Position numbers and translations under genes: made by a program
IMG/VR virus record: IMGVR_UViG_3300042901_002277
Length of the DNA stretch: 64,000 nt
Origin: a virus
Strand: one strand, 5' to 3'
Shown: piece by piece, positions 44,257-54,917 of the stretch
Layout: each line of letters starts with the position of its first letter
How positions within the stretch are numbered: position 1 is the stretch's first letter
The notes under the pieces: model-generated
What the model saw: only the letters and a program-made list of their open reading frames with translations
The model's database searches: none
What the model was told of the DNA's origin: nothing

Positions 44257-45717
44257 ATGCCCGGTGTAGTCATTTCAACAGCAGTAAGAACAGGTCCATC
44301 AGCAACAACGGTTCGCGAATCATCGCAGCTCTTTGTCGTTGGTAAAGCACAGCGCGGACCAGCCGATGAAGCAGTACTCATTGAGAGCATTGCAGACTTT
44401 GAAGCAAAGTTCGGTGGTTACCTTTCAAGTTCATACCTGCACCCAACAGTTGAAACATTTTTTGAAGAAGGTGGCACACAGTGCTATGTTGCTCGCACCG
44501 TAGGCGCATCAGCAACATCAGGAACACTTGAGCTCGATAACTCATCCGCAGCTCCTGTTTTGACAATCGACGCAAACGGTCCTGGAGTATGGAGCGCCGA
44601 TGTAGACGTTGAAGTGGTTGAAGTTGTTGCAGGCACATCATTCAGAGTCAATATTTACTACCAAGATGTTCTTGTCTACTCAACTGGAACCGTAACGTCA
44701 GCAGCACAAGCAGCTGGAAGGATTAACCTCAGCGCAGTAGCAGCTCAGTACGTTTCAGCATCAGCAACAGACGGAGCAACAACTCTTCCTGTAGCAATTG
44801 CCGCAACAGCGCTTTCAACTGGAGCCGCTGGTAACTCAGTTGTTGTCGGTGATTATGTCAGCTCACTCGACTTGTTCAACGGAGCACTTGGTTCTGGAGC
44901 TGTTACTTGTCCTGAAATCTCAAACTCAACAATGCACGACGCGCTTATCGCTCATGCAAATACAAACAGCAGAATTGCAATTCTTCATGACGTAGAAAAT
45001 GCAAGCATCGCCGCTGTTAAAGCAACAGCACTTGGCTTGCAGGCAGGCGACAACGCAGAGCATGCAGCCCTGTACTACCCATGGATTGAGGTTCCGACCA
45101 CAGTTAATGGCGTAACACGCTTTATCCCACCAGTTGGCTACGTTGCAGCAAAGAGAGCAACTGCTCATAACCAGACTGGCTCACATGTTCCAGCTGCTGG
45201 TTTGCTCTCAGCATCACGATTCGTTGCTGGCGTGAAGACCGACATCGATAAGACAAACGGAGACTCGCTTGATGACAATTGCGTCAATGCAATTAGAATC
45301 ATTCAGAACTCTGTTCGAATCTACGGTGCACGCTCATTGTCAGCCGATGACGAGAACTTCAGATACATCACAGCTCAAGACACCGTGAACCATGTTGTTA
45401 TTGAGGCTGGCAGAAGCCTTGAAGACCTCGTCTTCAGCACGATTGACGGAAGAAACACAATCTTCAGCGCAATCGAGTCACGACTCATTGCAATTCTTTC
45501 CCCGCTTCGCGACATCGGAGCCTTGTTTGAGGCATTTGATGCAAACGGAAGAAAGATTGACTCAGGTTTCACCGTTCGATGCGATGCAAAGCTCAACCCA
45601 GTTTCACAGCTTGCCGGTGGCACTGTGAAGGCAAAAGTTGGTCTTCGTGTGAGCAGCGTCGGCGACAAAATCGAAGTCGACATTATCAAGTCAAACCTTA
45701 CGGCGTCAGTCGTCTAA
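44257..45717 (+). CDS. Contractile tail sheath protein
   Basis: MPGVVI, GKAQRGP, FFEEGG--CYVAR, ALYYPW, PPVGYVA, VNAIR, IYGARSL. Confidence 0.92.
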   Translation: MPGVVISTAVRTGPSATTVRESSQLFVVGKAQRGPADEAVLIESIADFEAKFGGYLSSSYLHPTVETFFEEGGTQCYVARTVGASATSGTLELDNSSAAPVLTIDANGPGVWSADVDVEVVEVVAGTSFRVNIYYQDVLVYSTGTVTSAAQAAGRINLSAVAAQYVSASATDGATTLPVAIAATALSTGAAGNSVVVGDYVSSLDLFNGALGSGAVTCPEISNSTMHDALIAHANTNSRIAILHDVENASIAAVKATALGLQAGDNAEHAALYYPWIEVPTTVNGVTRFIPPVGYVAAKRATAHNQTGSHVPAAGLLSASRFVAGVKTDIDKTNGDSLDDNCVNAIRIIQNSVRIYGARSLSADDENFRYITAQDTVNHVVIEAGRSLEDLVFSTIDGRNTIFSAIESRLIAILSPLRDIGALFEAFDANGRKIDSGFTVRCDAKLNPVSQLAGGTVKAKVGLRVSSVGDKIEVDIIKSNLTASVV

Positions 45718-45731
45718 CGGAGGAATAAAGC

Positions 45732-46205
45732 ATGCCAAATACAAAAGTTTCGCAAAGGCAAGTACTTGGAAGTATTGTGCCAATTAACCAGACACACCCT
45801 AAGTGGACAAACTTTAAGTTCGCTCAGGTCTCTGGTGGTGAAATAACTGCCTCCGTTGAGAAGATTTATGAAGGCGGAAAGCTTCGCCCGACAGTTCTTT
45901 GTGCTCCATCAGAAATTGGTGACATCACACTGACAGCTCACTACGATTCAGACAGAGTCGCATCAGAGCTTGGAACTGGAATCGCAGAGAAGATTGCTCG
46001 TCTCCGCCCACTCGTTGGTCGCGCAGAGTACGACGTAACAGTTCAGGTTTTTGACTGCGACCTTGCAGTTCCTGGTACTGACCGCGTTTACTACAAAGCC
46101 CTTCTTGTTGGAATCACAGAACCAGATGGCGACTCATCATCAGGCGCACCAGCAACATTTGCTCTGACATTTGCAATCCAGGACGTTGAATCGCCAACAG
46201 CCTAG
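45732..46205 (+). CDS. Tail tube protein
   Basis: 157 aa directly after sheath; FAQVSGG, ITLTA; RBS GGAGG. Confidence 0.8.
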   Translation: MPNTKVSQRQVLGSIVPINQTHPKWTNFKFAQVSGGEITASVEKIYEGGKLRPTVLCAPSEIGDITLTAHYDSDRVASELGTGIAEKIARLRPLVGRAEYDVTVQVFDCDLAVPGTDRVYYKALLVGITEPDGDSSSGAPATFALTFAIQDVESPTA

Positions 46206-46229
46206 TTTATTTAAAACTAGACAAAAAGT

Positions 46230-46264
46230 AGTTGCACTAGCTCTCACTATCCATGTGGTAGTTT
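46230..46264 (+). promoter_or_regulatory. Putative leaderless promoter of the tail chaperone gene
   Basis: AGTTGCACTA-19 nt-TAGTTT, 7 nt before ATG 46272. Confidence 0.5.
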
Positions 46265-46271
46265 TTGCCCC

Positions 46272-46817
46272 ATGAGCGACAACAGCCTTTACAGCACAGA
46301 AGTAGAAGTTCCAGTTTCACCAGCAAAAGCAAAGCAGGCTAAAGCAGAAGCTGCCCCGAAGGGCGATACTGCATTAGACCGACTTCGTGAAGTTATTACC
46401 AAGAAGGTAGAACGCACGGTTGTTTTGCTTGAAGTCCCAGAACGTCCTGGTGTTCATGTTCGCATTAGTCCGAACATCACCCAGAATCAAATGCGCAACT
46501 GGCGCAAAGCATCTGGTGAAGATTCACGAAATGGTCTTGATGCAACGAAGTTCGCATGCATGGTTATCGGACACACGACTGTTGGTATCGAGATTGATGG
46601 CGAAGAAGTGTTTGATGAAAACGGAAATGAAATCACATTTGCTTCACCGCTTCTTCTTGAAATGACCGAAACATCACGTCCACTTCCAGATTGTGTTAGA
46701 GCATTCTTTGGTGTAGACCCACACGTCGAAGCTGCTGCATTAGCAATTCTTGATGCCTCTGGCTACTCGGATACGGTTGATGCCGTGGACCCCTCGAAGG
46801 GGTCTTCGACGAACTAG
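46272..46817 (+). CDS. Tail assembly chaperone (G-like)
   Basis: Between tube and tape measure genes; ends ...VDPSKGSSTN. Confidence 0.75.
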   Translation: MSDNSLYSTEVEVPVSPAKAKQAKAEAAPKGDTALDRLREVITKKVERTVVLLEVPERPGVHVRISPNITQNQMRNWRKASGEDSRNGLDATKFACMVIGHTTVGIEIDGEEVFDENGNEITFASPLLLEMTETSRPLPDCVRAFFGVDPHVEAAALAILDASGYSDTVDAVDPSKGSSTN

Positions 46818-46990
46818 TCGATTCAGCAGAAATTAAAACAGCTGCTCGACTTGGAGAACTGTTCGGGACAGACCCCGTAAAAATCCTTCAATCAGACGAC
46901 ATTGACTGGATGATTAGGCTCGCCTGTGCTAAAGTTATATCTAACGACCGCGAAGAGCAAGAGCGAAAGTCGAAGACTCAGCAGGCTTAG
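46781..46990 (+). CDS. Tail assembly chaperone frameshift extension (T-like, -1 frame; not in ORF track)
   Basis: 69 sense codons ...EGVFDELVDSAEIKTAARLGELFGTDP...QQA with no early start codon, overlapping the G end. Confidence 0.7.
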   Translation, partial: CRGPLEGVFDELVDSAEIKTAARLGELFGTDPVKILQSDDIDWMIRLACAKVISNDREEQERKSKTQQA

Positions 46991-47053
46991 ACTGCATAGC
47001 TCGGCCGCTTTTACACTCACGTGACTTAAAAACTCACATGGAGCAGTAAAGGT

Positions 47054-50000
47054 ATGGCAGACGAAAAAATCGTCATAAAAATTGATGTAGACGCAAGGAC
47101 TACTTCGATTGAAAAAACAACGCAGGCAATCAAACGCCTTAAGCGTGAGTCAGGCAAATTCTCTTCTGGCCGTAGTGACGTAAACACCTATCTAGACAAA
47201 ATGGATAAGGGTTTAACTAAAAGTACCAATAAGCTTAAAAGGCACTTTGACTTTGTGGATAAAGGTGTCAAAGCTTTTGGTGGCGTGCTAAAGAAGTTTG
47301 TATCTGTAGCTTTAAAGGGAATAATCTTAGAAATGGCTGCTCTTGGCGCAGCAATGCTTGGAGTTCATGCCTTATTTGTTGCTGGCAAATTTCTAGCCAA
47401 GGCATATTCAGGGGCAATGCAAATACTTGCTGGCGGTGCCGCGGCCGCAACAGTGGCAATAGCGACGGCTGCCGCTGCAATACGCGAACAGCAGGCAGCA
47501 ATGTACGCATACCGTGGGAAGGGCGCTAAAGAGCTTGGTTCTGGGTTAGACCAGGCACGAGCAGGAATGCGCGCCTTGCAAATGGATGCAGACCTAGCCG
47601 GTCTAGGTGTTGCTGCACTGAATAAATCATATGCCGTCATGTCGAAAACAATGAGCACACCACAAATCAATGCAAGTACTGGTTTGTTTAAGGGCCTTAT
47701 GGACTTCGGCTCCGCCGGTCAGGACCCAGCAGCCGCAGCAGAAAAAGTTGCAGCAGTAATTGAATCTCTGTCAAACTCGAAGAAGAGTCTTTCTGATGTT
47801 AAAGCTGCTGCAAACGCCGTTGGTCCAGAAATGGCAGAAGCACTAAAGAAAGCAAACGTAAAAACAAAAGACCAACTCAAGCAATTGATTATGTCTGGAA
47901 AGCTTGCAGAATTTGGCGGTGTTGCAGGACAGTTTGATGCTGTAAATAATACTCTTATTGGCAAAGTTAAAACATTCTTTAATTTAATAAAGGGTCAATT
48001 TGCTGACTTCGGACAAGGATTTCTAGAACCGGCAAAAGTAGCAATGCAAAAAATATTTAATATCATCTCTCGCGATATTAGAAAGTTGATGGCTACAACA
48101 TCAGCATTCGGCACCGGAACATTTATGGACTCGCTGGTTTCTGGTGTCGATAAGGTCAGTTCATTCATGGTGAATGTTATTGAAAAATGGCTACCTAAAA
48201 CGCAAGGATTCTTTAGCAGGATAAGCAATTGGTGGGATTCATTTACCGGCGGCTGGAAGAGAATGGTCGATTCCATGCGTCCATTGATTGATGGAGCCAG
48301 AGTTCTAGAGAAGGCATTTTCTCCAATTTGGGCAGCGATAAAACAGGGCGGAATCGACAACCTAAACAACTTCAGAGAAGGATTACTTGAAAACGAGACC
48401 GAAGTTATTGAGTTTGGAAACAGAGTAGGCGACCTTATATCTGGCATTTCAGATTTTGCTCAAGGTCTGAAGAATGCATTCTTCGATATATTGCCAATAA
48501 TCAATGACGTAGTTGGTGGTCTAACTATGATGTTTAAGCAAGCTGCTGGATTTATGACGATGTTTAGTGGTAAGGGTTCGTTCTTGAGTCTCCTTCCAAT
48601 TTTGACAATGTTCCTTGGCGGGAGAAAAATGTCCGCCACAAAGGGCGGGTTTATGACCGCTGGGAGCATGGGTCTTCAGAATATGAACGTCCAAGCTGCA
48701 AACGTGAATATAAATGGCGCAGGCCCTGGTGTTGGCGGACCAAGGGCCCCTGGTGGCGCGGCTCCAGGTCCGTCTTCAGGAAGAGTAACCGCCTCGCAAG
48801 CAGCGAAGATGAGCTCTGCTCAGCGCGGCGGGTTGTCTCCAAGACAGTATATGCAACAACAAAATTCTTTAATTGCAAGTCAGTTGACAAATACGAATAC
48901 ACAATACAACTCTACTGCCACACCTTATCCAGGAATTGCCATGACTCCAGCATCCGGTCCGCTCGGAACAATGAATCCATTTGTTCCCGGAACTGCTTAT
49001 GATGATGCAAAAAAGAAAGGAGGAAGATTCACAAGATTGAACCAAGCTCGCGGAAAATATAGCGACTTTGCAAATAAGCAAAGATATGTGCGAAGCAGCT
49101 CGCAGTACGGTGGAAAACTTTTTGGCAATGAACAAACAGGTCAAAAAGGCATAAATAACAGTATGACTGCAAAAATGGGGACCGCAATGGCTCTCAGTAC
49201 TATGAGTCAATTCGCACCGGAAGAAATGCGTGGAGCAATGGCTCTCGGTGGTGCCGTTGGTGCATTCAACCCACTAGCAGGACTTGCCGTTGCAGGAATC
49301 GGCGGTGCCACCCAGGCTCAGGGCGCCGGTAAGGGTGCTTTGTCCGGTGCAATGGGTGGCGCTGCAATGGGTGCATTCTTTGGACCGGCCGGTATTGCCA
49401 TCGGAGCAGGAATAGGACTGCTTGCTGGCGGAATTATGGGTGGAATAAATAAGCTCAGACAGCAAGCAAAAGAAGCGAAAGAGTCGATAAAGAGCACGGT
49501 AGGAAGCGTTCTGACTGGAATAATGACAGAACGTTCAGTTGAGTTTGAAGATAATTTGAATGCCGTAAATCGTGGTGGAATTACTAAAGGACGCCGTGGC
49601 TCTCTTGAAGGCATCGGAGCAGAATTTGTTTCAAAAACAAAACCGCTAGGAGAAAAAGCCAAGCAAATAAGACCAGGAGATATTCGCGGCTCAAGAGATT
49701 TTCTACAAGATATTTTTAAAAACCAAGCTCAATACGGAATCAAAATGACCGAAGACGAGCTGAAGAAGGCACTTAAGGACCCAAGCAGCTCGATACGTGA
49801 GTTCACAAAACAAATAGAAGAGCGTGGCAAAGCATTTACGATGCTTGACGATGTAAATACTCAACGTCTTGACATGCTTGAAAAAATGAGTGGAAAAACA
49901 AGACCAGAACTTGAAGCACTGGCAAAAGACTTAGGTGTAAATCTTTACGACGCAACAATAAAGTTCGACGAGATGGTTACAAAGTTGAAGATAAATATGT

Positions 50001-51271
50001 TGCGTTCAGCCGATGAGATGAAAGCGGCGAACATGAACGCGCTTCTTGATTCAACGAATGTCTTTGATGCGGCAATCAAGCAGATGGAAGCAACATACGC
50101 GATTGATGCAAAGTCAAGAACCCTTAAGGACCAATTTGATGCTGGGAGCCTAACGGAAAAAGGCGTTCTTCAGTACATGCAGTCGCTACCTTCCGACTTA
50201 GCCGCCCTCTACAAGGGAGATGCCGTAAAGGCATTCTATGAAACAAGAAGGTCTGTTGGGACCGCTGAAGGAAGCCAATTCCAGACCGGTGGCGCGCTCG
50301 AGGGTATGGCCGATGTTTTCTTGAAGAATCCAATATTCCAGGATTACCTAAAACAATCTGAAACAGCATTAATCAATACTGGCTCAGAACAAGTTGGAGC
50401 ACTTCTAGCTAAGTCTGGATATGCAGCAGACAAGGGAGCAATCACGTCTGCAATTTCAGGACTAGAACCTGGAAAACAAGAAGCATTCTTGACTGCACTA
50501 CAGAACGGAACACTCCCAGGAATGTTCTCTGATAAGACCGACGCCGCAGGAAGAAAACAGTCTGGCGGTGGAATAACAGCAGTTCTTGCTCAGCTTGGAA
50601 TGGACCCAGCAACACTTGAAAAGATTCCAACCGAGCAGCTAGACGCAGCAACAAAAATGGATGAGGCTAGTACTGCATTTAAAGATGCCGTTCAGCAGTA
50701 CGTTGACAACACCGCAAAGTTCTTCGGCCCTGATGCAGCAAAACCAGATTGGTGGTCAAAAGAAGCAATGAGTGAGATTATGGGTGGAGATACATCTTCT
50801 CCAAGAGGAAAAGGAATCGGCGACACTACATCTTCTCGCCTCGCGCAGACGATGGGTCGTCATGCTGCAATGAATGGCCAACTCACTGGAACTAGAACAA
50901 TAACTTCTGCATACAGGACAATGGGTCTTGGCTCTCCGAGTTCAGACCATGTGACTGGTCGCGCATATGACCTTGTCGGACAGAACCTTGGTGCATATTC
51001 AAAGCTTGTTCATGCAAACGGTGGTTTTGCTGAATTCCACGGGAATAATGCAAATAGGCATCTCCACGTCGTTCCGGGTCCTGGCGGAATGGGTGACACT
51101 ACAGTTCCATCGTTTGGAAAGATGCCACAATCAACGCCAGCCAGAAGCGGCTCAAGTGTTACAAACAACATCACCGTAAATGGTGCTCCTGGCCAATCTC
51201 CTGACGCAATCGCTGCTGCAGTAATCCAGAAAATTGAAGCGCGAGAGAGAAATATCAGGGAGCGTAGATAA
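47054..51271 (+). CDS. Tape measure protein with C-terminal M15-like (LAS) peptidase domain
   Basis: 1405 aa, Ala/Gly-rich helical; ITSAYR...SDHVTGRAYD...HLHV. Confidence 0.9.
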   Translation: MADEKIVIKIDVDARTTSIEKTTQAIKRLKRESGKFSSGRSDVNTYLDKMDKGLTKSTNKLKRHFDFVDKGVKAFGGVLKKFVSVALKGIILEMAALGAAMLGVHALFVAGKFLAKAYSGAMQILAGGAAAATVAIATAAAAIREQQAAMYAYRGKGAKELGSGLDQARAGMRALQMDADLAGLGVAALNKSYAVMSKTMSTPQINASTGLFKGLMDFGSAGQDPAAAAEKVAAVIESLSNSKKSLSDVKAAANAVGPEMAEALKKANVKTKDQLKQLIMSGKLAEFGGVAGQFDAVNNTLIGKVKTFFNLIKGQFADFGQGFLEPAKVAMQKIFNIISRDIRKLMATTSAFGTGTFMDSLVSGVDKVSSFMVNVIEKWLPKTQGFFSRISNWWDSFTGGWKRMVDSMRPLIDGARVLEKAFSPIWAAIKQGGIDNLNNFREGLLENETEVIEFGNRVGDLISGISDFAQGLKNAFFDILPIINDVVGGLTMMFKQAAGFMTMFSGKGSFLSLLPILTMFLGGRKMSATKGGFMTAGSMGLQNMNVQAANVNINGAGPGVGGPRAPGGAAPGPSSGRVTASQAAKMSSAQRGGLSPRQYMQQQNSLIASQLTNTNTQYNSTATPYPGIAMTPASGPLGTMNPFVPGTAYDDAKKKGGRFTRLNQARGKYSDFANKQRYVRSSSQYGGKLFGNEQTGQKGINNSMTAKMGTAMALSTMSQFAPEEMRGAMALGGAVGAFNPLAGLAVAGIGGATQAQGAGKGALSGAMGGAAMGAFFGPAGIAIGAGIGLLAGGIMGGINKLRQQAKEAKESIKSTVGSVLTGIMTERSVEFEDNLNAVNRGGITKGRRGSLEGIGAEFVSKTKPLGEKAKQIRPGDIRGSRDFLQDIFKNQAQYGIKMTEDELKKALKDPSSSIREFTKQIEERGKAFTMLDDVNTQRLDMLEKMSGKTRPELEALAKDLGVNLYDATIKFDEMVTKLKINMLRSADEMKAANMNALLDSTNVFDAAIKQMEATYAIDAKSRTLKDQFDAGSLTEKGVLQYMQSLPSDLAALYKGDAVKAFYETRRSVGTAEGSQFQTGGALEGMADVFLKNPIFQDYLKQSETALINTGSEQVGALLAKSGYAADKGAITSAISGLEPGKQEAFLTALQNGTLPGMFSDKTDAAGRKQSGGGITAVLAQLGMDPATLEKIPTEQLDAATKMDEASTAFKDAVQQYVDNTAKFFGPDAAKPDWWSKEAMSEIMGGDTSSPRGKGIGDTTSSRLAQTMGRHAAMNGQLTGTRTITSAYRTMGLGSPSSDHVTGRAYDLVGQNLGAYSKLVHANGGFAEFHGNNANRHLHVVPGPGGMGDTTVPSFGKMPQSTPARSGSSVTNNITVNGAPGQSPDAIAAAVIQKIEARERNIRERR

Positions 51272-52827
51272 TGACAACAGGAGATACAGTTGGGCCATAT
51301 TACACAGGCTCTATTCACTATCTGCAAATAAGACGGCTCAGCCTTGAGACGGTGGGTAGCTTTTATAAGGGATATCAAATAAAGGGTTTATTTAAAGTCA
51401 CTGACTCCAGGCTCGCGAAACCGGACGAACCAACAGGGGCTGGTTGGCTTAGATTGAACAACAAGCAATACTGGAATCCATTTCCACTTTACTCAAAATA
51501 CATTGAAGAATACAATGTTGGCGACGAAATGGTTCAACAGGTATACGAACTTAGGTCAACTAGCGCAAACACCAATGACCCAAGTGGGGTGAGTGTTTCT
51601 AATCTCGCAATAACAAACACGCAAAGCAGACCTGGATATACTTTTGTTGATGTTGGCACATCAAGATTGTTTCAATCTTCAATATATAGGGCAACATTTC
51701 AGTACGTTCAGTGGTCGGAGCTCAGCAAGGGTGGCGTTTCTTCAAATGCAAAAGGAATAAATCCATACGGTGGGAACTCGGTTCAAGTGTGGGTCAAGGT
51801 AACTGGGGATGGAGCAACCGCAGACAGTGGTGCTACATACTGGTATCACCCATTGTTTCAAAAGTTCTTTGTAATACCATCTAGCGTCCCATATTTGATT
51901 GGGGCTGTTGGCAATACGACTAAAGACTCACTGCAAGAGGGTAAAATACTTGCATTAATTGCTCAAGGAAACACCAGGGCACAAGCAATTGCTCTTATTG
52001 AATCACCTCCCCCAACGCCAGGTTCTCCCGGCGCAGGAGGTGGTGCTGGTGCTGGAGGTAATGGAGGAGCTGGGTCTGGGGGCACTGGCGGGAATCAAAA
52101 TGGCAGTCAGTCAGAGCAGTCGTCTGCCCCGAAAGCTGCAATAAAAGCTACTGTTCGCGTTCGCGGCAACTTCGGATTTGTCGCACCAGGTGAGCCAGAG
52201 GGTGGAGAGCCGCAAATGGTTCAGTACTACAAGTCTGGAGACAGCCAACTACAAACAACTGCTAGACATTATTTCCTTCCAAAACCCAATCAGGTCAATT
52301 ATCAAAACCTTGGTTCAGAATGGACGGAGATAGAAAGAGTTGGAAGAATACCGTTGGTTGACTGGAAGAACTATAGGTTGATGAAAGTCTCCTTTCAGTT
52401 TTTGGTTATTCCAGACAATACCTACAGAACTGGAGCATTCGGAGAAACCGCAGACGATGGAATAACATTCTCGATTGACGAAAAGCTGGAGAATCTTAGG
52501 AATATGGCGGCTAGGCCTTACCCGGTAATACTTTACGGATTCGACGACCTGCTAATAAATGCAAACCCATTTTCTATGTCAACTGGGGCAGGTGTGCAAT
52601 TCGTAATAAACGATTTAACAATATCCTCTTTAATAAGAACTGAAACTGGTTCTATAAATAGGGCTACGTGCGACATAACACTGCAAGAAGTACCAATTGA
52701 ATACATAAACATTATTTCACTGCCAAAACTTGTTCCAGGGCAGATAATTCCTCCTGCACCAACTATCGCGACACCAGGATTTGGCGAGCGAGATTCATTT
52801 GTAGATAGAACAAAGAAGTATGGGTAA
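51271..52827 (+). CDS. Putative tail tube initiator / baseplate protein
   Basis: After tape measure; W-EIERVGRIPL...ATCDITLQE C-terminal domain. Confidence 0.55.
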   Translation: MTTGDTVGPYYTGSIHYLQIRRLSLETVGSFYKGYQIKGLFKVTDSRLAKPDEPTGAGWLRLNNKQYWNPFPLYSKYIEEYNVGDEMVQQVYELRSTSANTNDPSGVSVSNLAITNTQSRPGYTFVDVGTSRLFQSSIYRATFQYVQWSELSKGGVSSNAKGINPYGGNSVQVWVKVTGDGATADSGATYWYHPLFQKFFVIPSSVPYLIGAVGNTTKDSLQEGKILALIAQGNTRAQAIALIESPPPTPGSPGAGGGAGAGGNGGAGSGGTGGNQNGSQSEQSSAPKAAIKATVRVRGNFGFVAPGEPEGGEPQMVQYYKSGDSQLQTTARHYFLPKPNQVNYQNLGSEWTEIERVGRIPLVDWKNYRLMKVSFQFLVIPDNTYRTGAFGETADDGITFSIDEKLENLRNMAARPYPVILYGFDDLLINANPFSMSTGAGVQFVINDLTISSLIRTETGSINRATCDITLQEVPIEYINIISLPKLVPGQIIPPAPTIATPGFGERDSFVDRTKKYG

Positions 52828-54455
52828 TGGCTACAAATTTTCAGTATACAAGTCCTGATATTGGTGCTTATTCTGGAAACGTGCCAAATACTGCTGGCAA
52901 AATTTCAATTGGCTCATTATCCGATGGAGTTATGACCAACATTGACCATTCAATAATTTCGGTCAGCGTCGAATACACCATGAATCAATCATCACAACTT
53001 AGTTTTGAGGTTGTAGAAACTATGAATACTGATTATTCTCAAATTGCAGAGGCTGAAAAAACATATCCAAGAGTTCTTGAGTTTGCGGAAAATAACTATT
53101 TTCAAATTGGTAGAGATGTTATTTACGAAACAACAACTTTAAACGAAATAGACAACACAAATAATTCTGGCATAAACTTAATAAAACAAAAACAACTTTT
53201 TGAGATAGCTTCACTAACATTTGCGCAGGGTCCTGGTGGAAGCCCGACTTGGCAGGTCAAGTGTTATTCAAAAGCAATACAGCAAATGAAACGTGACAGA
53301 AATCCAGGAACAGTAAAAGGAACTGGAAGCGCATTCGTAAAAAATGCAGCAAAAAAGTACGGATTGAAATACTTTGGAGAAGAGACTTCAAAGAAGCAGG
53401 TGGTAACAAAAGCAACTGGAGACAAACAAGCTGACTCTTTGTGGGACGTTCTGGACCGACTTGCTAAAGATGCAAAATTCGTAGTTTACGAAGTTGATGG
53501 GTTTTTAGTATTTGCTTCAGAAAAATATCTTCTGCATAAATGGGGGATGGACAGTGGAGACACTGTTCGAATTTGGAACAAGAAAAAAACAAGGTTTGAA
53601 CCAAAAGGGACAAAATACATACCCCTTCAATACCCTGCTGTTGGAAAGGGCGCACCTGGATATTTCTTTGCCATGTCATACCCAACAATAAATGTTTCTA
53701 CAAACGACCCTAGATACGGTGATGGCTCAATAACAGTAGATAGACAAAATGGAACACAAATACGACCAGGGATGACGGCGTATGTAGGAAATGTGCCAAG
53801 CCTTAACGGATACTACCTTATTGATTCTGTAAGTTTTTCCGACAGGACTCCAGACCCAGTTACGGTTAGCTTTAGAAAGCCAACACTTGAGCCAAAAGAA
53901 GAAAAAGAACTCCCAGTTGGCGTTAGGTTCTTGCAGACAAACGCCGAAAGACCTATAGCCACAAGAGTCACACCGAGCACGGTGCAATCAGCCCCAAACG
54001 GCGCTTACTTCCCCCTTCCGACACAAGCAACAGAAAATAATTTTGCATCCACGTATCCGCGAATGAAGAGCGGTTTGATTTCAATAGGCAATATCCCTCT
54101 TTACTCAAGGCCAGTACTAACTTTTAACGGAGAACCAAAAACAACATTCTCAATCACAATATTTCAAAAACCGGATTTGACAATCAATCCAAATGGATGG
54201 AAGCCTGGGAATACGGCTGTCCTCATAACACCAATATGGACCGTTGGTGGTTTTGCTGTTGAGCTAACAGAGGCAGAAGCAATTGCTAAATACCTTTCTG
54301 ATGGATTATTTTTAGCAAAACTAGACAGTCCTGCTAATGCAAAAAAATATGCAGACTTTATTCATAGGCAGCAGATAGAGATATTGCGAGTCAGGTTCCC
54401 TGAAATCGACTACCACAACGGTGGCGTCTACCCAAACACGGCTGGTTTGACATGA
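52827..54455 (+). CDS. Putative baseplate hub protein
   Basis: Position; SLWDVLDRLAKDAKF, YLIDSVSF. Confidence 0.6.
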   Translation: MATNFQYTSPDIGAYSGNVPNTAGKISIGSLSDGVMTNIDHSIISVSVEYTMNQSSQLSFEVVETMNTDYSQIAEAEKTYPRVLEFAENNYFQIGRDVIYETTTLNEIDNTNNSGINLIKQKQLFEIASLTFAQGPGGSPTWQVKCYSKAIQQMKRDRNPGTVKGTGSAFVKNAAKKYGLKYFGEETSKKQVVTKATGDKQADSLWDVLDRLAKDAKFVVYEVDGFLVFASEKYLLHKWGMDSGDTVRIWNKKKTRFEPKGTKYIPLQYPAVGKGAPGYFFAMSYPTINVSTNDPRYGDGSITVDRQNGTQIRPGMTAYVGNVPSLNGYYLIDSVSFSDRTPDPVTVSFRKPTLEPKEEKELPVGVRFLQTNAERPIATRVTPSTVQSAPNGAYFPLPTQATENNFASTYPRMKSGLISIGNIPLYSRPVLTFNGEPKTTFSITIFQKPDLTINPNGWKPGNTAVLITPIWTVGGFAVELTEAEAIAKYLSDGLFLAKLDSPANAKKYADFIHRQQIEILRVRFPEIDYHNGGVYPNTAGLT

Positions 54456-54539
54456 GTAATTTGAAAATTATGAACCTTCATTCATTTATGCACTTTAATG
54501 TAAACTTTACTTGTCAAACTCGAAGAAACAAGGTTTAAC

Positions 54540-54917
54540 ATGGGTTCCCCAGATATTGTAAACAGAGAAAAAGGCTCATCTCACCCGCTTAGGCCTGGGA
54601 AGTTTTATAGCGGAACAGTCACGTATGTGGACGCATCTGGCCGTGTCACGGTAAATGTCAAGGCGCTTGGCGCCACATTTGGTCCGGTAACTCCGGTTGG
54701 TGTAACAACTCTTAACAAGATGATAAAAGGCGACATTGTAACCTGCACGTTTACAGATGAGTTTTTTACTGACCTAATAGTTTTTGGCTCATCAAAGATA
54801 AAAGCTGATGTATTTGCTTCTAAGACAGTTGTAGAAAATCTACTGTCGACAATAACTAGCCTTCAAAATCAAATCATCGTCTTGAATCAGCGCGTAACAG
54901 CATTGGAGAACGCGTAA
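54540..54917 (+). CDS. Putative baseplate spike (OB-fold) protein
   Basis: YSGTVTYVD--GRVTV, KGD-V; coiled-coil C-terminus. Confidence 0.55.
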   Translation: MGSPDIVNREKGSSHPLRPGKFYSGTVTYVDASGRVTVNVKALGATFGPVTPVGVTTLNKMIKGDIVTCTFTDEFFTDLIVFGSSKIKADVFASKTVVENLLSTITSLQNQIIVLNQRVTALENA

